DNA of 64,000 nucleotides from Octopus sinensis (Eukaryota). Below the pieces are notes generated by a model. It was not told the origin of the DNA. It saw nothing but the letters and a program-made list of their open reading frames with translations, and made no database searches. Positions 39,505 to 52,316 of the stretch are shown here, piece after piece (the stretch's first letter is position 1; every line of letters begins with the position of its first letter). A program made the translations under genes and the position numbers. The stretch spans positions 65,224,001 to 65,288,000 of the forward strand of contig NC_043005.1 in assembly GCF_006345805.1 (NCBI RefSeq), given 5' to 3'.

Positions 39505-39989
39505 ATATATATGCATGTGTTTATGTGTGAGTTTCTGTGTATTTTTTGCTTTTTTATATTCAAATATGAGGCTTGTATATTATTATTATTACTATCAATA
39601 TTATTAATACTATGTATTTTGTGAATTTCTTGTATTCATAAAATATGTAGGAACCTATAAACACTTCAGTCATCTCGATTCACTCAAACATTAAAATCCT
39701 GCAACTATAATTTTTTTCTTTGCCGCCAGAGCGGACTGGAACAACTGCAATCATCACCATTGCCATCATCGTTATTAGCTTCATTGACATCACTACCATC
39801 ACATTATTTGCACTTTCATTTTTCATTCTCTCTTTCAATATCCTTTTTACTACCACTATCATCATCATCATTATCACTTATAGCAACAGTTATACTTACA
39901 AAAACATACATAAATATATACATAAATATATACGAAAATACATACAAATATGCTCATATTTGGCAATGACTCAAGAAAGTTTGTCAACC

Positions 39990-41230
39990 ACACGACGAAT
40001 ATAATTTCAATAGCCTGTATATCTCCGCAATCTTCCAGTGATCGATGTTGCGCATACCATGAGAATATTGTATGTTGCATTTGTTAGAGCAGACATTTGA
40101 CTCTATGAAAGTCACAGCTGTCTACATACAGAGCTGTGCTGGTACAACTTAGGTATATTCGATTGTACACTTGTAAAGACGTGCAATTTGAGCATCAAGT
40201 CAAACAACTTAAACTCAACAGCAACAATGGTCAGTGGCACTGACAAGATTGGTGTTAAACAGGGGAATAGAGGCAGTGACACGAAATCACTGTAGAAGGA
40301 ATTTGAGTGTCACATCGTATCACTCAGCTAACTCTTACTGAACAATGAACGAGAAATGAGTTGATCATGTGTGCACTCAAAATCGAAAATAATGACATCA
40401 TGAGATTAGTTGAACAACCGCTGAGTAAGTACTGTGAATGTACAGCTGTTGCATATGAACCAAGGGTAACTGGGCTGACCTATCTAAACAGAAACCTAGA
40501 AGTGAAACACTCATCAAATCATTAAATTGCTGTGCCTCTGTAGACATCCTGAAAGCTACAGAAATTCAGATGCATTGACAGGAAGATTAGCTTCTCCTGG
40601 ACCCACTTTACTATTCAGAAACAAAAGATGGCTTCTAAATATCAGACGAATAAGAAAAATAAGGATGTCACTAAATCTTCAGGTTTTGATAGAAAATGTT
40701 GGTTGTCCCATATCAGTAGAGAGATTATCAAATATACCATCAGTAACTGTCCAAAAATATCTGCAAGTTATTCCTTCGCAGGTGTCATGGCATTGTTGCC
40801 AAAACAACTTACGTTGCTTTTCAATGGAAGAATTTACTTGAATGCCTAAGGCATTCTTGACCCGCGTTAAAAATACTTGTGGAACACTCCAATAAGAACA
40901 ACAATCCGGTTCAAATGTGATATGCTTGATATTGTTCCATGAAACAAGGAACAAAAATTATGCACTATTGTTGAAGTCAGCTGCCCAACGAATAAGTATC
41001 TAAAATTAAAGAAAACAGTATTTTTGGTGAACTAATGGGAAACTTACAATCTTATATCCGGACTATAGATTTTCATTTGTATCTTAAGTACAGAGATTTG
41101 CACAAAAGCCAAGAAATGTTTCCGTTTGTTAAGAAAGAACGTAGCAAATTTATTGGCATACTTCTAGTACGATCAATTAATGGTACCATGAAAATCTAAA
41201 AAAAAATTGTAAGAACTTTTCATTTAAGTT
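39990..41230 (+). mobile_element. Old REL-type (R4/NeSL-like) LINE relic
   Basis: Decayed knuckle (KCWLSH..REII..TISNCPK) and REL remnants (EQKLCTIVEVSCP, LYPDYRF). Confidence 0.5.
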
Positions 41231-43862
41231 TCTTTGAATTAAGAAGTGTCCACAGTTGCAAGTGCATATGATGTATACAAGCACGTACATACTTAAACTT
41301 TAATGAAAAATATACGCTTGTGAACTAAAGTGGTATACGCATACATCACCCGAGTGTAACTTTATAAAATCATATACACTGACGCATCCAAATATTTGTA
41401 AATTCTTGCAACTATCTTGACCAAATCAAATAGCCTTATCACCTTTACTGCATGCCCTTCTCTTTTTTTTAAGATAGCTGTGCGGGATTAGAGGATGATT
41501 TGACTGTTATTTCAAAGCTGCGCAGTCACGTAGTATCACCCTTACTGGCTAACGGGAAGATTTTATTATATGTACATTTTATGCATATGTGAACGTATTC
41601 TTGTCTGTGCGTGTGTATGTATGAATAAGTGTGTAATGTGTGAGCGAGTGTGTATGTGTGCGTGTGTGTGTGTATGTTTGTGTTTGTGCATAGATATTAA
41701 TCACACAAGACATTTTTCTTGTAACTCTTTCGAATAATCTACAAGAAGTTGTTTCTATTCTTATATTGTTTTATTTCTTGGAATTACTTTTTTAAACTGA
41801 TCTGCTTTTTCTCACTAATCACAACGTTTTATCCTGCTGTAATTCCTAAACTCTTTCAACGAAATGAATGCGCTATTTCTTTATGTGACTTGTTTGTAAA
41901 TGTCATTATATTATGGTTCAATATTTGTAAAGTGTGAAATTTGCAACGAATTTTAACTGAATACCATATGGCCTCAGATAACTGTCTAAGGTTTCTAGCC
42001 AGGAATATTTAATATATAAGAGATTAGTTGCAACACATATATCATACCGAAAAGTTACTACATTGAAATAAATGTTTTGACTCCTCTGTACATACGCGAA
42101 TATTTCTAACAAGCTACACCATCGTACTATCTTTCAAGACATGTCACTCAGTTCAGCTAACAACGAGATAAATCGTAAAATTAAAATAGATGTACAATAA
42201 AATCGTTGGAAACTAAAAGATAGTAATGTCGACTCATTCTAGACAAACGTTGACAGTCAATAGAAGCAGCCATCTGCTAACAGCGGATTTCAAATATCCA
42301 AAGAAACTTTGCCCCAACAAACTGAGCTGAATTTTAGGGTTATCATTCCAAAAAATAAATACGTTTCAACAACAGCTGATATGAACTGGGTAATAGCTCC
42401 TAGTTGACAATTGCCATAAAACAGAACAGCTGGGTTGTTTTTCGTTTGTCAAATCGATGTTGTTTTTATTAATAAAGCAAATAATTAATCGGTCATGCCC
42501 GGTTTCAAGGCTGCTCTGTTTTCGTGGTTCAAACTGTTAACATGAATAATGGACTTATTTGCTCTATCGATTCAAACAATATCGACAGCTTAAAACCTAT
42601 AGAATTCTGCAAATCGACAACTGCCAAAAAAATTCATTCAAGAAAGTACAGCAAAAGAATGAATGGAAAACAAAGAGAACAAATAAAGGAATATTTAACC
42701 AAAGAATCATATAATGAATAGCTCTAGATATATATCAAGATGTTTACAAATGCTTTATAAATTATACCAAGGCATAAAGGAGAGTAAAAATGAGAAGACG
42801 CTCGAAGGTCTATCAGAATACAATTAAAAAATTGAACAGGGAATACCTCGGAATTTAAGAATAAGAAAGTGCTTAAAAACCGAGGATTAGCCTATAATTT
42901 ATTTAACTTATGCCCAGAGATCACTTATAGAACATTGCAGCTATTGTAAATGACAATGGAATATCCTATACAATAGAAATTACAGTTAAGTAAACGAAGT
43001 GGTAATCAGTAATATCATAGATAAATATTACAGTTAAGGGAAAGAGAATTGGACAGATTGAATATCATAATCCTGGGATGTATTCAATAAGGAAACGTAG
43101 AAAGTGAAGAAATAAAGAAGAGAATTAAAATAATTCGAAATGTATTTAACAAAAAACAACAGTTAAACAGGCTAGTGAAGAACTTAATATCAACAGCAAA
43201 AAAAGCTGTAACTAAGACATTATTTAAAGTTCTGTGTATTATTATAAGGAAAGCGCTCAATATACACAAAACTGTTATCAAATATATTATAAGCCTTTCA
43301 GATGAAGGCATAAAGAAATGTTTAGGCATATAGATGTAGGCATATGTTGATGTAGGGACATAGGTGTAGGTATATAGAAGGTTGTAATCATTATGATCAA
43401 AACATAAAACTAATGAGGAAGGACTAAAGGGGCAAACATTATAAAAAGAAAAGAAAACTAAAATATTGTAGGGGCTTAATTGGAAAATATAATTACGGTT
43501 AATACAATGTAAGATGAATGGGCAAAAAAGGAAAAGTGAAACCAAGACATGTGGATAGATATGAAGAAGGGAGCAGGATTAAGACAGGACAGAAAGAATA
43601 TCGTGATGGTAAACATCCAGCTGGTTTCAGTGCTCTTTGTTTAAGTGAATACAGCTTTCGGGTGAATATATGAGTTAGTTAATGCATGCATGCGTGTAGA
43701 TGCGTGCGGGGTTAAACTTGCTTCTATATAGTCAGCATGCATATCACTTAAGCACACAAGTGCGTGTGTGTGTGCGTGTTTCCTTACTATTTGTGTGTGC
43801 GTGTTTCGTTACTACTTGTGTGTGCGTATTTTGTTACTGCTTATGTGTATCTGTGTGTCTGT

Positions 43863-44242
43863 GGAGGCGCAATGGCCCAGTGGTTAGGGCAGCGGACTCG
43901 CGGTCGTAGGATCGCGGTTTCGATTCCCAGACCGGGCGTTGTGAGTGTTTATTGAGCGAAAACACCTGAAGCTCCATGAGGCTCCGGCAGGGGATGGTGG
44001 TGATCCCTGCTGTACTCTTTCACCACAACTTTCTCTCACTCTTACTTCCTGTTTCTGTTGTACCTGTATTTCAAAGGGCCGGCCTTGTCACTCTCTTGTG
44101 TCACGCTGAATATCCCCGAGAACTACGTTAAGGGTACACGTGTCTGTGGAGTGCTCAGCCACTTACACGTTAATTTCACGAGCAGGCTGTTCCGTTGATT
44201 CGGATCAACCGGAACCCTCGTCGTCGTAACCGACGGAGTGCT
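43863..44242 (+). mobile_element. tRNA-derived SINE with the family A body and a different head
   Basis: A box TGGCCCAGTGG and B box GGTTTCGATTCC. The 3' ~175 bp match 183-355 in reverse complement. Confidence 0.85.
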
Positions 44243-44369
44243 TCAATCTGTGTGTCTGTCAGATATACGTGTGATTGTGAGCATAGGAACATCAAATGAA
44301 AAGTTTCTGGAATGTTTTACAAACTAATACTCATCCTCCACTAATTTGGATCATAAGAATCGGTTTCCG

Positions 44370-44950
44370 TTTGTTTTGTTCCCTTTTTTTTTTTGAGGGC
44401 CCCAGTATTTTTAGATGTTTTTGCAGATTTGTTGCCCAGTGAATCTATAATATCCAAAACAAATAAAAATCTATAACCCGGATATAAAAGGTGTTTCTCA
44501 TAGGTCCTTTGCTGATGTCCCTTTTTCCCCAATTTTTAACGCGAGACACCACCCGGACAACTGTCCATACTTTTGTTCACTGACACATTGAAGAATATTT
44601 GGCCTGTTATGCTTATACCAGATCGATACTTTGCTGGTATGTTCCAATATTATAATTTTAAGATATGAATACATTCTAGTTATGACATGCTTTGTTATAG
44701 CTATTACGACAATCCTCTAGGGCAGGTATCGATGACGTAGGCAATATTTCCTTATTGGTCTGATACACTGTGGAGATATAGAGATATTCTTTTCTCTCTT
44801 GATGATCAGGTACATAGTAGATGTCTTCTGTTCTTCGACTGAAAAGGCATAACCTTGTAGGTGTATATGATGTGCATATGCAAGTCAATGAAAGACTACT
44901 ATTCTCGTCAATGTTGCTGATAGTCTCTAACTTACGCGACATGTGATCGG
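44370..44950 (-). mobile_element. Second REL-type LINE relic
   Basis: Minus-strand remnants KHNRPNIL..SEQK and LYPGYRFLF..I..LG parallel the 39990-41230 relic. Confidence 0.45.
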
Positions 44951-45740
44951 ACGTAACCTTCCGCTAATATGAACATTTTCCCTTCAATTTTCTGCTTACA
45001 TAAGTTAATCTACTTTTGGTTCAAATGAAAGAGCTGTACTTAGACAAGAGTTCTTCACCTAACCTAATATTATTTTTGCTGTGTGTGCCTATATGCATGA
45101 ATAGTATACTCTGTGTGTGCGTATGTATGTATGTATGTATGTATGTATGTATGTATGTATGTATGTATGTATGTATGTATGTATGTACGTATGTAGATAT
45201 CGCAGAGTAAAAAGCTAGGTTGGTGATGCGAGGTAAATAGAATAACGACTAAACAGTTGCTTTTTTCCGAATGAGAGTCAGCACCTGGAAAGTTTGCCTT
45301 CATGGTATGGTGGAAACCTGTATAAGGATTTTGTGCAAGAAAAGCAGCTGCCCATGCATCTAAGTCTCACCTCTCTATGCTTCCGATGTTGTCCAGGACG
45401 AAAGCAATACCGTTGCAAATTTACACTCATGTTCTCCCATACGTTGGTTTCAGAACGAGGAGAGCAGAAAGACATATCGTTTGACATCCCACCAAATGCT
45501 CTGACAATTCCACCAATTTTCGGCCCCGGATTAGCAATTCTGAAAGGATGGACGGTAAAGATGATCTCGGCATAATTTGAACTCAATGCGCAGAGACTCA
45601 GAACAAGTAATACAAGTTATTCTATCTGACATTCTAACATATATTTAATAATTTATCGATCTATCTATCTATTTATCCATAAACATGCATATATATATAT
45701 ATATAATATATGGATGTATGTATATATACATACATACATA

Positions 45741-45792
<52 letters not shown>

Positions 45793-45883
45793 CAATAAGA
45801 TATAACGACAAATTAATATTATATATTAAATACGTTATAATATAGGTGGCTAAAGCAATTAAAAATGTAGAATACATAAATAA

Positions 45884-46056
45884 GGGTGCAAAATAGCACC
45901 TACAATTGCTAGAAATAAGAGCTAAAAATATAACTTGAATAGCCACACAAAATCACTAACCTCATGAACATTTCATGATGTTATTGATTTTGTGTGGTAT
46001 TCGAGTAAAATTTCTTAGCTCTTATTTCTAGCAATTGTAGGTGCTATTTCGCATCC
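45884..46056. repeat. ~173-bp near-perfect foldback hairpin
   Basis: GCAAAATAGCACCTACAATTGCTAGAAATAAGAGCTAA and its reverse complement, with inner arms CCACACAAAATCA/TGATTTTGTGTGG. Confidence 0.85.
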
Positions 46057-46475
46057 ATATATATATATATATATATATATAATACAAATATTAAGAGAGA
46101 GTCTACATGTGGTCACTCTAACGCTAGATATAGATCCGCAAAGGGAATCCACCACTAAAGAATTGTTCTCTCTCTTAATATTTGTAATAATTTTTACTGT
46201 ATCCCAGTCTTTTTATACGCTAGGCCACTTGGTGTTTTAAATTGATATTATTAATTAATATTCAATTTTTTTCACCCTTATTGTGATTTTAATTATAAAT
46301 TAATTTGTTCTCAAACCGGCAGTAAATTACTGGGGTAGTATTTGCATCCGGGGATTCAACGCGCCAGAATGAGGATATTTGAACGTAACTACGAATATAA
46401 TCGGCTGTGCCGTTCGCCTTTGCTCGGCTTCGTGTGTATTTTGCCGTTCGGTCCAGCAAATTATATTTTTGATAT

Positions 46476-46551
46476 ACTCTACTGACGATTCGGAAATGAT
46501 TGTGTAAATAAAATTACACTATCTATTAACGATGAAACAATTGTATAGAGT
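46476..46551 (+). ncRNA. Type I hammerhead motif, unit 1
   Basis: ACTCTA-CTGACGA-TTCG...(GTGTAA/TTACAC hairpin)...CGAT-GAAAC-AATT-GTA-TAGAGT. Predicted cleavage is after 46545. Confidence 0.7.
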
Positions 46552-46993
46552 TAATCTTTTTTTTTTTTTTTTGAATGCTCGCTTACATTCTTGGCGTGTT
46601 GTATTAATTCTTCAGAACAATTCTTTAGTGGTGGATTCCCTTTGCGGATCTCTATGTCTAGCGTTAGAGTGACCACATGTGGACTCTCTCTAAATATTTG
46701 TATTAATAATTTTTCCTGTATCCCAGTCTTTTTATACGCTAGGACACTTGGTGTTTTAATTTATGTTATTAATTAATATTCAATTTTTTTCACCCTTATT
46801 GTGATTTTAATTATAAATTAATTTGTTCTCAAACCGGCAGTAAATTACTGGGGTAGTATTTGCATCCGGGGATTCAACGCGCCAGAATGAGGATATTTGA
46901 ACGTAACTACGAATATAATCGGCTGTGCCGTTCGCCTTTGCTCGGCTTCGTGTGTATTTTGCCGTTCGGTCCAGCAAATTATATTTTTGATAT

Positions 46994-47069
46994 ACTCTAC
47001 TGACGATTCGGAAATGATTGTGTAAATAAAATTACACTATCTATTAACGATGAAACAATTGTATAGAGT
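46994..47069 (+). ncRNA. Type I hammerhead motif, unit 2
   Basis: Identical to unit 1. Predicted cleavage is after 47063. Confidence 0.7.
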
Positions 47070-47339
47070 TAATCTTTTTTTTTTTTTTTGAATGCTCGCT
47101 TACATTCTTGGCGTGTTGTATTAATTCTTCAGAACAATTCTTTAGTGGTGGATTCCCTTTGCGGATCTCTATGTCTAGCGTTAGAGTGACCACATGTGGA
47201 CTCTCTCTAAATATTTGTATTAATAATTTTTCCTGTATCCCAGTCTTTTTATACGCTAGGACACTTGGTGTTTTAAATTTATGTTATTAATTAATATTCA
47301 ATTTTTTTCACCCTTATTGTGATTTTATATATATATATT

Positions 47340-48060
47340 GTTGTATTTGGGGATGTTCATGTTGCCAGTTTAGCCAATGAAATCACACAAAATGTATATT
47401 TGGTGTTCACTTGCTTCAGCTTTATTTCAAATTTATTGTATTTCGCCCACAGTTCTTTCGTCACACTTCTGTGACCTCATCAGTGGTCCTTTGCTTTCTT
47501 ATTTCTTTTTTGTGTCTCTCCTTTCTAACGGTCTTATATTTTGTTTTTCTGTTATATATGTCTTTATTTGCGCATGCGTATATACCTCTGTGTGTCTATG
47601 TTTATTAAGCGTGGGGTGGCAATATTTATGATACCTGCGTTATCACGTTCGTTTAATTTAATTTAATTTGTTTTTATCTACGTTTTCATTTCTTTCATCT
47701 TTGTATTAATTTAATTTAATATATTATATTTTTTATGTATAGTTTTCTATTTAGGCTAGGTTTATCTTCTATTATTTGTGTACCTTCCGTAATTTGTCTA
47801 AGCGTTGCGTCCGTTCCATATGTGGACAAGTTTTCAACTTTTATGTTGTTGAGTGAGGTCCCGTGTTCCCGCTCGCCATGCCGGTATAGAACCGATGAGC
47901 TATTCTCTTCCTTAAGTTCCCTCCAATGCACAGATATATATATACATATATATATATATACACACATGTGTACATGTACTTGTAGATCCACCATAATGTT
48001 GGTAAATGTAGTTCATCACAATATGGACGCCATATTGCAAATTTCTTATTAATTGTCCAA
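47340..48060 (-). mobile_element. Penelope-like GIY-YIG relic with 3' non-coding region
   Basis: Minus-strand remnants NLQYGVHIVMN..QHYGGST..LRKRIAH and DATLRQITEGTQIIEDKPSLNRK (47736-48050). A decayed hammerhead core lies downstream at 47445-47487. Confidence 0.55.
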
Positions 48061-48901
48061 ACATGTCCTCTTTCTTTTGTATTTTTCGAACCACATTGGT
48101 GTTCAGAGTACATATATGTATGTATGTATGTATATATGCATGTATGTATGTATGTATGTATGTATGTATGTATGTATGTATGTATGTATGTGCATACAAA
48201 CACTAACTGCAGATAAATACATCACGGGGCATCAATCACTTTATCGATTTCGACTTTTCAGCCAATGAAATGCCTGGAGCGTTAGAGTGAATAAAATCAT
48301 CAAAGACATTCATATGCATAATGTAAGACCCCCAAATGACTTCCTTTATTTTTCATCACAACAATTCAAAAGACATTCCAAATACTTCAATACGTACTGG
48401 TGAAGTCAATTCCTTGATGTGGATGAGGGCAGGGTATATAAGATTCTTTCCCAGCAGCAGTCTTCGGCCAGCATGAGAGCGTGTCCCACATTGTATCGCA
48501 GGAATCGTTTGTGTCATCTGAAATGAAAGAATATGAAGATTCAATTATTTTTTGCTCTCATTAAAAGTAATACACACACGAAAGGTTACAGATTGGTTTC
48601 GATATTCACCTAAACAGGTTGTTTAAAGAGACCAATACGCTAAAATAAATGAAAATGTCATTAAGCAAAGTTATAGCTGAATTTCTGCATGCGCGCAGAC
48701 ATACACACATATACAACACACACGAGCGCGCATACACACACATACACACACACTAAATGTGACTAGGGTACTAAGAAACACCTACATTGCTAGAAATAAA
48801 ATTGAAAATGCTCTAATGCTATAGTTAAGGCACATGAATTGAAAACATATACAATAGCAGGGACCTGAATCGTCCGAAAAATACCGATTGAGAATTCATA
48901 A

Positions 48902-48945
48902 TACTGGCGTCAGTTTCGACATTTTCCGATGCTTCATCAGTGTAG
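48902..48945 (-). ncRNA. Partial hammerhead motif
   Basis: Minus strand: CTGATGA-AGCAT-CGGAAA-ATGTC-GAAAC-TG-ACGC-CA-GTA. The core and stem III are good but stem I does not pair. Confidence 0.4.
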
Positions 48946-49029
48946 CCCGCTCGATCTCAGCTTTTTGCGGACTAGCTTCTCCATTAGTATATATGTTTTT
49001 TCTCATGAAAATTAAGGGCTGATTTAACA

Positions 49030-49247
49030 CTTCATTAACGTTATTCTGTTATTTTGTTTCAGTCATTTGATAGCGGCCGTGCTGGAGCACCGCCTTTAGT
49101 CGAAGGAATTGAACCCAGGTCTTATTCGTCTTAAGTCTAGTACTTATTCTATCTGTTATTTTTGCCAAACCGCTAAGTTACTGGGACGTAAAGACACCTA
49201 CATCGGTTGTCAAGCATTGGTGGTGGGACAAACACAGACACACAAAC

Positions 49248-49278
<31 letters not shown>

Positions 49279-49448
49279 AACGTCAGGCTTCTTTCAGTTT
49301 CTGTCTACCAACTCCATTCACAAGGCTTTAGTCGGTCCAAGGCTATAGTAGAAGACACTTGCCCAATGTGCCTCTGCCAAGCAATGGGACTGAACTTTGA
49401 ACCATGTGGTTGGTAAGCAAGCTACTTAACACACAGCCACTCCTGCAC
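49030..49448 (-). mobile_element. SINE family B
   Basis: Reverse complement of the family B consensus features. Confidence 0.88.
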
Positions 49449-51841
49449 CTATACATAAAATAAATATAAACAGCAGGCTGCAATGTTTAAACTAAAAGGG
49501 AGAATTATAATTGTCACAAAATTTAACTAGGCTGTTAAGAAACACCTACAATGCCAGAAATAATAGCTAAATGCTCTAATGCTGCAATTTAACGCACATG
49601 GATGAAACAGGGATCATAATCATCCGGAAAGTGCCGATAAAGAATTCTTAATACTGATGGCTAGAGTGCACTACAGGTAACCTATAACCCAGTACAGACT
49701 GTAAAATGCTGAGGTCGTCGGTAACAAAACCGGCACCACCACCCTACATGCTCCACACACAAAGCCTTCATAATGAGATTGGGATTTTTAATACCTGCAG
49801 AATGTGGAACAAAACTTGTTGAATTCAGTTAACAGGCGTCAAGTAATGTGTATATACATGCATGTGCATATATCTGTAAACATAAGCATACATGCAGCCT
49901 GCAGTTTTATAAATTTTTGGCGGGCTTTTTTAGCTGTTTGTTGCTAGTTTAAAGTGCTCAAACATTTAAAAGGTGCTCTTCCTCTTCTTTTTCTTCTTCT
50001 TCTTCTTCTTCTCCCCCTCCTCCTCCTCATGCTTCTTCTTCTTCTTCTTCTTCTTCTTCTTCTTCTTCACCACCGTCATCATTTTTAAATTCTACTTTCT
50101 TTTCTACTGATTGCCCTTCTAACATACATCACTCCTCAGATTAATGATGCGTTAGTAACCTGACCACTTATCCCCAGCCTCGTGTTTTAATGACATGGTT
50201 AAATTCTTCTTGGCATTCCACAACTTTTAGAAGCGACGGCATTCAACTTAGTTTATAACATAACAACATTCATGAACTTTAATTATAGATGCCTATTACT
50301 ATAAGTAAGCGTGCATTATTATAAATTTTTTACTCGCTTCATACATTTCCTTTTAAAAATACTTTTATGTATATTTATTTCCTTTTACTTTATTTACTGT
50401 GACTACTGCCTTGTTAAATGAGATAATACATTAAAAGTGGCACACATAGACTTTTACGTTCATTAGCGTTGTGAATAGTTATTGAGTTGGTAATGTGTGA
50501 ATGGCTCAAAAACTCTGTGCATTCAAGATGAAGAGTTTTTAGAAAGCTTATTCGGGATGAGGTATTAAAAGTATTAAAATTATGGATATATAAGATATAT
50601 GATAGATTCAATGTCTTATCAATATATGACTTCAAGATGCCATCGTCCACAATATCTTTAATTAGGCATTATGAATGTATTAGTCACATTGTTGGGTGCT
50701 TATTCAACTTATATATTAATGTTGTGTGGGGGAGTGTCTCCTAGGAATTTTGAAGAACCCTTTACTGACTGATCGTTCTTGTTAAGATGTAGAGTAGGTT
50801 ACAGTAACTAATATTTAAATGGCTATTGCAAGTTTCTGTTTTTTTACAAGGTTTCTTTGTATATTTACTAATCCTTAAACTCACTTCTACATACAGCAAC
50901 ATTATAATGTCCCATTTGTTCTAGTTTGGGTTATTGAACTCTGCATAGAATTCGAGTGTAACTACAATCTAATCGTTATAGAAATCTTATAAGAAATGCC
51001 CATGTCTTTAACACATACCAGAGAATTTTATCGGCAAGAGTAAAAGAAATATTCAAGTTTAAAAAATTGGCTAAAACCAGATGTCTGAATATTTACAAAA
51101 TTGTTTCACTCTGACCATATGACTTTAGTTCGGTTCAGAAAATATCTTCCATCTCAGAGCTGTGCAAGCTGTACACTGTATACTCTTACCAAATGCACAT
51201 TTGATAAAAATATTAAGATTCATGGGTACAGAAAAATCTTCTATGTGGTTGATGAAAGACTTGAACCCTCCAGCGATTAAGATCAAGTTGAATGCTGTTG
51301 GACTAAAGCTGATACTGGGAATATATGGTAGGTATTTTATAGAGCCAACGAACATCAAAATGTGTTCCTGAATAATGATTACTTATAAATACAAACACTT
51401 TTGTCAGTTATGAATCAGCCCAGCCTAACAATAGCGAAGCTTCTTTCATCCGTGAGAAAAAGTCAGCTTTATTTAGAACAAAGAAAATTCAAAGAGTATC
51501 GAATGTTTGTATATTGTTTGCAGATTCAATAGATGCAAGTCATTTTGCTTTACCAAGCTACATCCTTATAAGAAATTTAAAGAAGACTCGTAACAGTCGT
51601 TTCCTGAAGAGAGCAGTTCCATAGGCTGTCAAGAAAGAAGAGTTGAATATACAACAATCTACCATAGACATTCTCTCTCAACTAAGAGAACGCTTTAATT
51701 GAATAAAGTAAACACTGTTTAATTACCTGAACAGAAACGTCGAGCAATCATCCGATTTCAAGAGAAGTATAGATGTGGAAATTCTGTGCAACAATGACCT
51801 ACTTATACACAGAATCATAAACCTATCGTTAACATATTTAA

Positions 51842-52200
51842 ATATTGCAAGAAACGTATATGAATATCTTATACCGTTCATATCGAAGACATAAGAGAAG
51901 TATTGTTATTCATAGTAATACAGTGAATACTTTACGTGTAATTTATGCAGTGAGCTGTTTTATTATTAAATAGTACAATTTTCCATAAAAGGCAACATCT
52001 GTCTGGCGTCAGCCAGAAAATATTGCAAGAAGCGTATATGAATATCTTATACCGTTCATATTGAAGATATAAAAGTAGTATTGTTATTTATAGCAATACA
52101 GAACATACTTTAAGCATAATTTATGCAGTGAGAAGTTTTATTATTAACCAGTACGGTTTTCCATAAAATGTCACATCTACATCTAGTATCAGCCAGAAAA
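51842..52200. repeat. Tandem duplication, two ~178-bp units
   Basis: ATATTGCAAGAA.CGTATATGAATATCTTATACCGTTCATAT...CAGCCAGAAAA occurs at 51842 and again at 52020. Confidence 0.85.
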
Positions 52201-52316
52201 GCATATTATCCCTACACTACTCTTGGTAGTGGCAACCAAATCTCAGGTAACCAAAGCAACAAATTAAACCTTGAAACCGGTCGCACAATGGGTTTCGAAA
52301 GACTTGAAAATAATAT

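Larger units (their letters stand above)
46081..47330 (+). mobile_element. Retrozyme/PLE-like element: inverted 5' segment plus ~2.25 tandem copies of a 517-518-bp unit
   Basis: 46081-46169 is the inverse of 46614-46704. The direct repeat has a period of 517-518 bp and the copies are near-identical. There is one hammerhead per complete unit and (TA)n on both flanks. Confidence 0.8.

Noticed and set aside
43863-43940. tRNA gene (also the heads at 9869 and 430-499)
   Set aside because: A and B boxes are present, but the acceptor and anticodon stems are imperfect and the sequence continues into SINE bodies.
51158-51326. Host exon (AG...GT bounded, open in one frame)
   Set aside because: The open frame has no recognisable homology, the more protein-like frame contains a stop, and there are no partner exons.
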